Shown piece after piece: positions 42,570 through 54,438 of a stretch of DNA of 64,000 bases; the stretch's first letter is position 1; each line of letters opens with the position of its first letter. The notes beneath the pieces were generated by a model that worked only from the letters and a program-made list of their open reading frames with translations, was not told the origin of the DNA and did no database searches. Source of the DNA: Tubiluchus corallicola (lineage: Eukaryota > Animalia > Priapulida). Made by a program: the position numbers and the translations under genes. The stretch lies in assembly GCA_030141605.1 (NCBI GenBank), contig JAQGDQ010000187.1, positions 124,001 to 188,000 on the forward strand, written 5' to 3'.

Positions 42570-42843
42570 TTGAACTGCAGAAGTGCGCACTGCATAAAAT
42601 GTGTATTAATTTTTTGTCGAAATGAAACATTTTGTTAAAGGTAATAACGAAGCAAAGAAATTTTACTGGCGAAATAAGCCGCCGATCGGATGTGTACTGG
42701 CGAAATGTACCACTGGAGAAGTGTGCACTAGCGAAATAATCTACTGGCGAAATATCTGACTAGCAATTTGCGCAAGTGTACATTGCCAAAATGTATCAGT
42801 GATAATCTGTGTACAATGTCAACGGGCGAAATGAGTGGATACC
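42570..42843 (-). mobile_element. Partial inverted copy of the 38305-39123 family (one arm)
   Basis: ACTGGCGAAAT repeats. The terminus GGCGAAATGAGTGGATACC is the reverse-complement counterpart of GTATCTACCCATTTTGC at 38306. Confidence 0.7.
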
Positions 42844-45835
42844 GAAAAAACTCTTACCAATATTAGTCAAAGAAAGTAGACAAGATAAAACTGTATTAAT
42901 TTTATATCTTCTTAGAAGCTGAACTGTAAACCTGCATCAGTGTTATGAAGGTGTTACATTTTTGCGTTCAATAGGCAGTTGTAAAGAGGTTAAACTGCTT
43001 GCGAGCTTTGCATAAATTACGAACACTTTGGTATAGAACTGGTATATTGTGTTTATGTTACTGTCTGTCCATGTTATTAGAGCGCTGACTGCGTGAACTG
43101 ATCTCTCTGATCTTTTTTCATTAAAATAACAGTGGTAAAAGTCATTTTCACGTGGGCGTATTTAGCTTTGAGTCTCTTACACTAAGTTTTTCCCTTAAAA
43201 ATCGAGAGTACTTTTTTATTCCTACAATGTTTGGGACACATCATAAAATCCATTCCTGGACGGGTATCGTACGTTATTCGTTAATATGCACGCTCAAAGC
43301 CCTCATGAGGAAACCGAGTAATCGTGAAACATTTTTGTCAAACAAATGAGCGTTCTCAAGCTAATCCTATTTTTAAGAGGAGGTAGAAGCCCCTACTATA
43401 CAATCTCTCATGCTCGTGTCTTCATCAGTGGTAAATTTGATTATTTACTGACGTGCCTGCATTAAGTCTTGCTATTTACAGATTTTTGTGAGAAGCTGTA
43501 GCGAGATCGTTATAATTATGCATATGCCGTCTCCGCTGTAAGAGGGTAATAAAACAGGCTTCATTCTTCACTTGCTGGAAATGTGTATAACGTGCTCAGC
43601 AAATAAAACGAATACTGTTCACTAAGTGACACAAATATTAAACTGCATGATTCATTACTTATTTCAGCTATTTAGGAACCAGAAATAAAACTAATGCGCA
43701 AATGAAACTTTTGAAAATGGTTTGAAACTAGACAAAAAAAAACATTGCTAAGCGGAGAAGTTTTGTAATAAAGGTTGCCATTATTTTCCAGTTGTAAAAG
43801 CAAAACAAAATATACAATATTTTTACAAGTATTTTTGAAAGTTGGCGCAGGAGCCTCCAATGGTGTGTACGTGGATGGTAGTACATGACTGAAAATCGTC
43901 ATTTGTACATATCCGTAATGTACAAGTTTTGCCTCCACACAGTATAAAAGTCAAAGAAAGACAAATATAGTAATTAACCCACGCATTAAATTGCCAGCAG
44001 GAAACAGACCCATGGGCTGGGCTGTTTTGACAGGTGCTCATAGTTTTGACATTCTTATTAAGCATTTGACAAATGAGCCTCTAGTTATATTTGATAGAAA
44101 AGTAAAATAGCTGATAAAATACGAGGAAAAATGAAAAAATTCTTCCCATTTTGTTTGTACGAATGCAATTTGGCGTGTAGGCCGTATAATAAAATCTGAC
44201 TTCAACTTTATTATATACGAATTAAAAGCAAAGGTTTGAAGTAGCATGGGCAACGTGACGTGTGCTTGTATGCAAGATAAAATTTCATTATAAATCCCAA
44301 AGTGACTGTAAATTTCAGGCTCGAAATCCTTTCCTTTTAAGAATCTAATGAATCTAAAGTACTTAGATAAAGCTTTGTAATAGGTAACGATAAAGCAGTG
44401 ATAAAGGCAATGGTAAATGGCGGGCATTTATTTGCGTTTAAATGTCTAACGGATATTTAGCAACGTTTCATGATCAAATGCAATCAATGTAACTATATTT
44501 TCGCCTTGAATTGGCAACGAGTCGCGAATCAATCCTAATTCGTTTCTCAGTTAAGCAAAATAATTGCATGTAATTTCAAAAACCGTACGGACTGTTATTC
44601 TCGTAATATTTGTTTCAGTTTCACCATGCCCTTAAATTTCGTAACTTTCCTGTTTTCTGTGCGGGATTTCTGAAAATGTCTGTTTCTGAATTCTGAAGAA
44701 AAAGATGGACCTTTATGCAATTACCTTTTGACTGCTCTGCTTCGGTTTCCCAGTCGACCACCAATCAGGCAGCCCCACTAAAATGATATTTTATCTTAAG
44801 GTTAAGAGAGAAGACACAGAATTCGATTATTGAGGTTCCTTGTTTATTATTTGTATATAATAACTTAAATGATGAAGAAAAAACTAAAAAATGTGAAATC
44901 TTGTTCTTGGTATATAGAACTTGGTATATTAACAAAGGTCATAACTTTATGAATTAGGCATTGATGTTATCGTCCATTCTAAAATGGAAGTACAATGTGA
45001 ATTAATGGCACCTGAGGGCGTCAAAAGCTATGAATAGAATTTAATCTATTCAGTTTTAAACATGTTTACTCAGGCAACTCGCATTGGTTAATATCGATTG
45101 CGTATATCTTATTTACTTGCTGGTGATCTCTGACTTTTATCGAGTAATTGGATTTGCCAATAATGATACATGTTTTCCATTAACCGTTACATTTGAAAGA
45201 TATGTTCATTTATGCCTTGGTTTAACAGTATTACTCATCATAATTATTGTGACCAACCTTGGCATTTTCCCTTAGCTATTTGTGGAGAATCTGTTTCCTC
45301 TTTTATTAATACAAATATGGCTGACGAGACCACCACTTCAAACTTTAAACGTTTTTATAAAATATTTGTTATTCCGAAAGCTGTGAAGTGGTTCTCGCTA
45401 CAAAAAACTTAGTTGTAGGAGCTGGCCGTAGTGTGTCTAGTTTTAGAGATACAAGTCTTCTAGATGTTTTTAATCCATTTTGAATATTCTGGCTACTGGT
45501 CTTTAAAAACAAAACACTAATTAATAAAACAAATATAGCTGTTTGGCTGTTTCATTACAGGGAAAAACAAATTTCTACATTCGTAGCACCGTCATGTTTT
45601 TCATAGCGAAGGCATCTGTCGATATTTTGTTATAGAAAGCTACCATGAAATTCCAAAAAAACCTTATGAAAGTTTTATTGTGCAGAATTAAACACAGAAC
45701 CATTAATCGATTACTAAAATTGATTGCCAATAGTCAGAGGCATTAACATTATTTTGATTAATATTACTAAGAACTCGAAAATCAAAAGAAACAGAACGAA
45801 GTTAAAGTTTCGTTGTTTTTGTCACAATATTCATC

Positions 45836-46201
45836 TTACAATCTGACTTGAACTACATGTCCGCGAATGAACGTCCAACGCCGAGATTGCAAGCAAGGTC
45901 ATCGTTATAGTACTCAGTCGGTGCTGATTTACTGACACCTTATGTGGGCTTGCCCGGAAACGTCATAGTGGGAAAATACATGCGCATTTGTCTTCGTGTT
46001 TTAGTTTTAACCTTTCTTTCACACTCAAGGTTAAAAACTGAAACACTAAGTGCACAAATGCGCTTATCTGACCAACTATGACGTTTGAGTCTGTAAATCA
46101 GTACCCACTAACTCCGTGCCTATATTACATTACTTGTAACCTCAGTGCACGTAAACTCGGAGTTGCGCCTTCATTTGCGAAGTTCTAGTCAGCCCTTGTA
46201 A
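45836..46201. mobile_element. About 365-bp imperfect palindrome (old foldback MITE)
   Basis: Arms pair across a ~12-nt centre near 46014-46026: TTTTAACCTT/AAGGTTAAAA, GCGCATTTGT/ACAAATGCGC, AAACGTCATAGT/ACTATGACGTTT, CTGATTTAC/GTAAATCAG. Confidence 0.75.
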
Positions 46202-48202
46202 TAAAACTAAACCTTAACATCAACTGAGCTAAAAACGGATATTTGCTTTTACCAATCTCCACATTACAGAAAGTGCATGGTTTCTCACTGTTACTTATAG
46301 TTTGTCGTCAGTTCATGAACAACACTATAAATGCTTTATTTTGTTTTCTCGTAAAATATCTCTCAACGTTATGAATCCCTTGATGGCGCACGTTTGTGAC
46401 AGCTACTCTCTGCTACAGCAACTTGCTCTACACTTCAACAGCCATAATTGGAAGATAAATTATATAAGGAAGCTATAGCCTTATTACCTGGGATTCTGGG
46501 AAGCTTACAAAAAGATCACTGCAAATGTGACTATTGCACGTATCCTGGATAGTGAGGTTTTATGTGATTTTCTTGTTCAGCATGTCTATGCTTCGCGAGC
46601 TGGCTTTTAAGATGAACATTGGGTGAGCAGGTTTTTCTTGGGCATTCATTATAGAGAACGCAAAAACAAGATTTTGCTTTTATAGTAACTTTTACAAAGG
46701 CCGCCTACTTCGAAGACTTTGTGTACAGAATTAAGCTAAAGGTTAGAAAGGAAGCAGATCGTTAAGGACCTAGTGTCAAGAGGCTTACAGGTTCTACTTT
46801 AACTTTCACGACTAAAACGGAGAAGTTGTTTTAGTGGTTCCAAACGCATTAATGAAATATTTATTACACAGTTGGCGAAAGAATATTAAAAATCATTGAG
46901 TCTGCAAGCTTTTTTAGTTTGTGAACCCACAAACACATGTGCTAGAGCACATTCAACATGGTGAAAGCCTAATTCAACTAATATTATCAATCTTTTAAAA
47001 ACACAATATTAAGGTCAGAGGTCAGTCTTCTGACCACAAGTGTAATCTGCCCGTGTAGGTTGTGTAATATACATTGCAGTAAGCGTAGTATCTTTTGACC
47101 TGAGCATTCGATCGTTTTATTAAATCAATTATGTTTTCAAGTGGGGCTTCCAAGTCCGGGTTTCGCCCGAAGTTTACTGTGAGATATATGGTAACGCGAG
47201 GTAATGCGTAAACTGGTTAGTGTCGGACAATAAGCTTCAGAGTTTACTGAAAATAACAAAGTGGTATAGACACTGTTTTACTAGTAAAGAAAAGGAAAGC
47301 CAGCGTCTATACTACACTGTTATTTTTTTGTAAAGCCTAAAGCTTATTTCCTCATCGTTATGACTGCTAAAGTATGGAGCTTTAAAAACATTGATAATTA
47401 TCGTGAATTTGATGTTATTTATGATGATGCTCGGAGCGTTTGTTAATTATCAGTTCGTGAAATCGTCTGAAGCATATACCGATATGCCTTAGGTCAACAA
47501 TAGTTTATGCCAGTTCCATTCAATATGCAGTATAACATTATTACACTGTGTATTGATTCATTTTTAACTTCTTTGGTTTCAAAATAAAGTGCTACAAGAA
47601 GATGGAAATAATTTAATGACATTCGCTTCATTGCTGTGTTTGTGTGTGTTTACAGCCTTACCGCGCAAATTATGTGCACTGCTAGCAGCCAAGAGAACGA
47701 AAATCTCTCGGGGATGTAATTCTACGAAATTAAGCATGTTCACACTAAGTCAATTGTGGTAATTTATCCTAATTAATAATCAGATTCTGCTAAGGAAGCT
47801 GAGACACAGACAGAGATTCATATTTATCAGCCCCTGCTGGGTGTTGTGTGAACGGGATTCTAAGGATTAGCACGTAAATCACGTCATCTAAATGACCTGT
47901 AATCATCTAGTAACTAACAGTGATCTGAAGTACTCAGTAACAATTGCAATACTGTAAAATTGGGTATTCACGGTTACTTCTGTTTTCATTTTAAAAGAAG
48001 AAAAGTGAATTCTAAGTTGGTAATAACCAGCTATAACACCTTCAATATCGTTGTGTGCTAACAAGGATCCTATATTTACTACAGCAAAGTTAGCGGCAGT
48101 TTTGCTTTTTTATTTAGCAAAGAACGTTTCCAGCGTTTCTGTTTCTAGTGTTTTTTACGCGTGTTCATGCAGTCACAGTTCGACCGATTGTTTTAATCAT
48201 AG

Positions 48203-48428
48203 TTGAAATCACAATGGAGTCCCACAAAAAGTCTCCAAACCATCTCTGGGCGCACAATGCCAATCTAGGCCAGAGTCGCCAGAGTTTGAGTCCTGCGTCA
48301 GCTCGCCGCAGGATGCTGATTGGAAGTTCAGCCAGTCTATCCAAAAAAGATATTATGCAGAAGATGTCTTCTCAGAGGTCCTGGCCTTCACAGCCAAATC
48401 CACCAGCGAGTTGCGAAAAGGCTAGAAG
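48203..48428 (+). CDS. Probable coding exon, candidate alternative N-terminal exon of the same PDE4 gene
   Basis: Acceptor TTTTAATCATAG|, ATG at 48214 in ACAATGG context, Ser/Pro/Arg-rich peptide MESHKKSPNHLWAHNANLGQSRQSLSPASARRR...CEKAR, strong donor AAG|GTGAGT in phase 2. GC content is visibly higher than in the flanks. Confidence 0.65.
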
Positions 48429-48828
48429 GTGAGTAATACTTATCAATTAACTGTATAGTTATTGAGAAAACTAGCTATTTCAGTTAAGTCCAGTTTGGTT
48501 ATTAGTTTATCGCATTATTGCTATCGTAACGAGCGACAACTTTAATAATAATAATAATGTATTTTTGCATTGTATTTTATTTCCCATACATTAGGTCCTA
48601 TGTATTAAGTACACTGTTAGACGTGATCTCGTTGTTATTGTCAAATTGACAAATGTTATATGCAGTTCTAACCAAGTTAAAGTTTGTTTATATTTCTTTG
48701 CTTGTTGAATAACAGTCATTTTCAGCAGACCATCGCTATTAATACGTCACTATTTGACACTTTGATTTACCACTGCGTGTATAGGCTTATGGCGTTTATT
48801 GTGCTGGATAGAGTAGTTTTTTCATATT

Positions 48829-49360
48829 CAGTGATGGGCAAGTTCCACAGAAATGAACTTGTTCAAATTCCAAGTTTTTTAGGACTAAAATTAACTGAAT
48901 TCAAATTCCTCCTGTCCAGAGTAAACTTTAGTTTAAGTTTAAATTCACAAACGAGTTTTGGCAAAATTCAAGTTTCGAGTTAAAGTTTGTAACTAACTAA
49001 GTGGCGCTAATGAAGTAAGTATGTTGGTCACTAGGTCTACACATGCAGTTATTTATCATTTTAATTTTCTGGAATTTGCAAATTAGGCCTATTTTGATTA
49101 TTTTTCACACTTGAATCGACTGAATTTGGCTAACGAACGACTCCGTAATCCGCAACATTTCTTGAACATCTTGCATGTTGAGCACTGGCGTAAATTATTG
49201 TCGTAATTTTATGCGATTTAAGAAATTTCGTTTTATTTCATTTCTAGTTTCTTAGGTAAACTTCGAACTGAAATTCAAGTGAACTCGTTCACGTTCAAGT
49301 TCAAGTTCAAGTTACTTTTCCAATAATTGTCAAGTTCGTAAGTTCGCAAAGAAGTGAACG
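48829..49360 (+). mobile_element. MITE-like fragment starting CAGTGATGGGCAAGTTC with AAGTTC subrepeats (hAT-like end)
   Basis: CAGTG(A/T)TGGG-type terminus and AAGTTC/GAACT repeat clusters at both ends; the matching right terminus is not seen. Confidence 0.45.
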
Positions 49361-50229
49361 AATTGCTGGTATATCACAAAATTTGACGTCGGCGCTTGGC
49401 TTATTTTAATTGGGTTACTCGGTTGCGTATAGAATTATTCATTTCGCCGTGTTGCTGTTCTCGTTTTCGTTCTCATTTATGTAACACAAAGCTTTGCCAT
49501 TTACTCACTGTGTTGTAAATAAGGCGTACTAAGTTTTCACAACATGAGATTCATGGCAACTGTAAACGTGTATCTATAATCTCTTAAAGGAAGACAGGAT
49601 GATTTTGTATATCCTACCCCATTTTCAAGTACGGTAAAAATATACATTTTAACACCAGTAATACTATAAAAGTGTTTCTGATAATTAAATAATAGATTAA
49701 AACCTTAGTGGCGAGCGAGCGTGCGCAACTATTGGTGATATCACAAACGAACGTAATTTTCAACAGCACGAACATTCCATGAGCATGTTGCACGTTTTTG
49801 CGAAAGCAACGATCGAAATACAATGCTGCCCTTGCACTAAAATTCGGCAAGTAGTTAAGGTAGAAATTAGTATGAGCTGTCGAACGTGTGTACTACGTCA
49901 CAAACGAACACCTCTGAACTGTTAGGTACAACACCTGGTTTTTGTGAAACGCGTTTCCGAAATACAAGCGCTAGTGCCCGTCTAACTAGCGAATGACGAA
50001 ATACGTGTAACAGCGAAGAACTAAGGGCGCGAACGTACAATTGCGCGTATGTGGTAATAATTCTTTCACGCAAGTGTTAAATAGTAGATTGTTTTGACCT
50101 ACAGTTTAAGATTGGTCCGATTTTCCTTTAATAGCTACCTTACTATAATAATTTCAGTCGAGTTTTTTTATATCTTCTTGATCATCTTGCCCTGAGCCAC
50201 TGGGCATTTATTTTCGGTGAACTTATTTC

Positions 50230-50497
50230 CGTCGAAGATTTTCCGGTATATTGTTTCAGTAGAAATTTTTTAAGCGGATAGCGTGTACAATGGCACAATA
50301 TTGCACATTGTGTCTTAATCACACGCAGATTTTTTGATAGTTTAATAGTGAATTTCACAGGGCAAAATTAAATAGGCAATGACTAGAATGTGAGAGAACG
50401 AGAAAGGGAAGGAGAGAAAAGAGAGAGAAGAGGGAGAGAGAGAGAGATAAAAGAGAGTCAGAAGAAACAGGAAAAAAGGAGGAGAGAGAAAGAAAGG

Positions 50498-50553
<56 letters not shown>

Positions 50554-50580
50554 GAGAGAAAGAGAGGGAGAGTAAGAGCA
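50230..50580 (-). repeat. Dispersed repeat, copy 2 (inverted) with a (GA)n microsatellite
   Basis: Reverse complement reads CT tract then TATTTAATTTTGCCCTGTGAAATTCAC..AAACTATCAAAA..TTTCTACTGAAACAA, homologous to 12700-12860. Confidence 0.7.
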
Positions 50581-53500
50581 CAAAACCGGTAGAGAAATGT
50601 TGCACCTTGATTGAAGAGCCTGCGAGTGTAATAAAGAGCGTTGTAAAAGAAAAGACAAGACGATCAAAGCTCGCTGGGTATGGGTCTAGTCATTTTAAAG
50701 GGCCTTAAAAACTAATAAACGAGTAATGCTTCACATTCTGAACTAGTTTTCTATTATAATTGCTTTTCTGATATTTGGAATATGCCAACATTGCTTTAAT
50801 CATTTGGTTGTAAATAAGTTATTTTCAGGGCCATAAGTAGCTATAGAGCGCTTTGGGTTGTAACATTTTATCGCCGACAGATGACGCAACGTTGTAAGGA
50901 ACATGTGAGGCTTCCTGGAACTAAATCGCTGGGCTTCACTCAGCGTATGATGGTAGCCGCTGGGTTGCACTAATAAATTCAGCAAGCAATTTTGAGGATA
51001 AACTGGTGTGGTGTTTACTTTGCAATAGTTTCACAATTTGTTATGTTTAAAGACGGAAATTGATGGAATTGCTGTCAAATTTTATAATAATTGAACGTCT
51101 GCTTTCTCATTGACTGTGAATTATTATATACAGCGTAAATGCTGCGTAGTCGATAATGAAATTTAAAACAAATTCCACTTTTAAAATGAAAAGAACGAAA
51201 TATTAAGAAATTGGGCTATGTAGATTTACTTATGGAGATTTGGAAGTGATCTGTAGGTTTCCTATATAAGATTGGCTCTCAAAAATTGGTTGAGGTATTT
51301 CTAACCCTTGTAGCTAAACAACTGTAACTTTAGTGTTTCTGTAGCAAAACAGAAGTAACAAAATATTTATTCGCCACAATCCACAGTACTTTGCTGTATT
51401 TATGGAATGGAGCTTACACGGATAAAAGTTGTCAAGATCATCGTTTTCGTCGCTGTCGCCACCAAGACATTTAGCTGCGATTATCTCGTCGCTGACTTAA
51501 TAGATGACATAAACACGAGTGTTTATAAGTAAGCAAGTATTTCAGCGATTTAACAAACATTTATAACAACAAAGACGAAGATTTCATGCTAGAAAATAAC
51601 GAATAAAAGCAAGAGAGCGAGAGAGAAGGGGGGGTATACAACATCAGCAGTGAAAACCTTTGGCTTGCAAATAATTTACATTACACGTGCTGTATGTAGA
51701 AGTATGTTTTACTAACTTTTATATAATGCTGTCTTTATAAGTCCTGTTTTGTATATGGAAGAAATTGTATAATAAAGGTTTAAATTCAAAAATTCAACTC
51801 TATAGTCATCCGCGACAATAGAATCTTAATCGCCATCGTTATTCGCATCATCATTATAATAATAATAATACAAATTATCTTAATATACCAACGGAATTAT
51901 AATAGAAATGCGCGAGGTTTCACGTATTATTCGCTTAGTGTTATTTACGTCCCGTTGTGCTGTGGAAGTTCATCCTTATGGCTTACGCCTCATGCGGTTG
52001 CTGAATTTGAACAATGTAAAGAACCAATGGCCACCGAATAATAGGCAGCACTCTTAGAGAAACGAACAGTACATTTTAAATGGGAAAGCTGGTCATTTTT
52101 AGGACAAATAATTCTGCTTTAAATTTGCAAAATTTAAGTTTGCTTAGTACTACACCGCCTTTTTTGCTGGTTGCAATTAAAGTGTTTCTTTAGGGAGAGT
52201 AAATGTTTCAACAGTTTAAAACTTAACAATAGTACGTGCTATCACACTTAATTCACTAAACCGTATAAGGTCTTTACACTTTTGAAGTACCTGCTGATCA
52301 ATGTACTGACAAGGTTATAGATACGTTTGCGAAAAAAAACACATACACGGTCACCATTATTTCTTTTGAAAATCTGAAACATTAGAAAAAGTATTGTAGA
52401 AAGTATTTGCAATGTAAACTTGTTCAGGAAAAACTCGAATTTGTGGCTTATGTCTGATAATTGGATTTTTAAAGTAAAGGTAATTATAATTTGGACTTCA
52501 TGCAAGACATTATTGGACATGATTACTATTGCAATTATTATACGTTACAATGAGTACAAATATGCATATACATAAATAAATATGAATATATAGGCCTGTA
52601 AGTATAAATATTTTATTTCTTTTTAGATATTTTAGCAGCAGCCAATCTACATTCTATAATTTTTATAATTATGTGACCCGTTATTTGCACTCGTTTGTAA
52701 ATCACACAGGCTACAGCAGTTTAGAACATGTTCAGGTCAAATCCTTTCTGGCACCCTGGTAAAACTTACTCCCGTACGCCTATGTCCACATATACAACTA
52801 AGGCCTAGGGCAATTTGGAAAATTTTCAGGGCAAATTCCGTCTGTCGCCCACTATAAAACTTTTTCCTGTGCGCCTATGATCATGTACACAACTAAGAAA
52901 CTCTTCCCGTTTTTTCATATTTCTAGAAGTTGCCGTTAGCATCCTTGAAGGAGTTGGGCGACAAAGTTTTTAAGAAGTACTGTATGTCTTTGAACTACTA
53001 AGAAATGCCTAATAAGTCCTTTTCCCATTCGAGTCTACATATTACTTTGCATTTCATTTTCTACCTTCTTATGCATTCTGTGTTTTTAAATGAAATATGC
53101 CTGAAGAGAGAATATACACTGAATACAAATAAGAGCCGTCCATTTTTGGGAAACATTCAAGAAGCACAAGCCCCAAGAGTCCATTTGTTATTACTGTTTT
53201 CGGAATCAATTAGAAAACATTGATGTTTTTCGTTCTGTGCAATGTGGCACAACTAAGAGTTACTTTGTTTACTTAAAGATGTAATGACTGGGAATAACAC
53301 TTGAAAAATTTTCAGACGTGTCTTACGTTTTAATATTCGGCTGAGTTTCTGCCATGTCATTGTAACAGAACGTCTTAATAATGACATTAAACGAATTAAT
53401 TATTTATAGTTTTTTAATTTCAAGGTTATTGTGTAATGGTGCAATGAACATACAGTTGATGAATTTCTGTAACTAAAACTGACCAAAATTGTTTTATAAA

Positions 53501-54356
53501 ATTTTAATTAATTAACGGAACATTTCTGGCTTTAAATTAATTACAGGAAATAATTAAAAATTAAACCTAAGTACTCTAGCGTGCTTAAACTAACACTTGA
53601 AACGTTGATGAGCCATTATAGGCCTGCCATGAGTTCAAAGACAGATGACTGTGGCCGTGGACTTGGTCTTGTAATCCAAAAGTCCCTGGTTAAATTCAGC
53701 TTGAAGTACATTCTTTTTTGTGCTTCATTCAATTTCAAATTTCAAGTTTAATTTTAAAAATTCATTATTTGGCATTTCAACAAGTTTTCTGTCCACTTGC
53801 TAGGTTTCAACGCATTTTCCATCTGTTGCAGAATTAGATGCATACTATTACTGTTTTTGCATAAAATGGGGAAACGACACTACCATCTAACCAAACCTTC
53901 TCACTATAAGTTGCCCCATTGCAACTCGTATTCCTTGAAAGAAATCATGTGCACTGCTGGCTTCTCTCGTACCTGTTTATTTGGCGGTTAGCTTTTGACA
54001 AAAATATTGATTTCATCCTAATCATTTTAACTGCTATATGCGTCAGGCCAGCAAAATGTGTTTGCTGGAAACGCACGTAAAGGAAAATACATTGTGAAGT
54101 GCTTCGCAATTAAAGTTGTGACGCATAGTACGGAAAAGGTGTCAATTTTGCTTAAAAATCAATACGTAAACCCGCAGTCTGTGCTTGATTAATATGGATA
54201 AAAAATCCTTGTAGTTTGCGAACTCTCACAAACTTTTTAGTGTGAGTCTGTTGTCATTTGTTTTCGTGAACAAGAAATAATTTTAAGATACATTAACAAA
54301 GCTAGTTAGTATAAAGAGCATCGTCATAACTTGCAAATACTTCAAAGCGAAATTTT

Positions 54357-54438
54357 GGCGTCCGGTATTCGAACGCACGTTTTCTGCATTTCAGGTAGCT
54401 AAAATACCTGAGTAGCTATACTAACCATTACATCATAC
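54357..54438 (-). mobile_element. tRNA-derived SINE head or tRNA pseudogene
   Basis: Minus strand GTATGATGTAATGGTTAGTATAGCT (A-box-like) ... GCGTTCGAATACCGG (B box), with an internal TAGCTAC duplication. Confidence 0.5.

Noticed and set aside
53648-53710. tRNA-like fragment (similar one at 37860-37900)
   Set aside because: Too degenerate; at most SINE debris, with no foldable cloverleaf.
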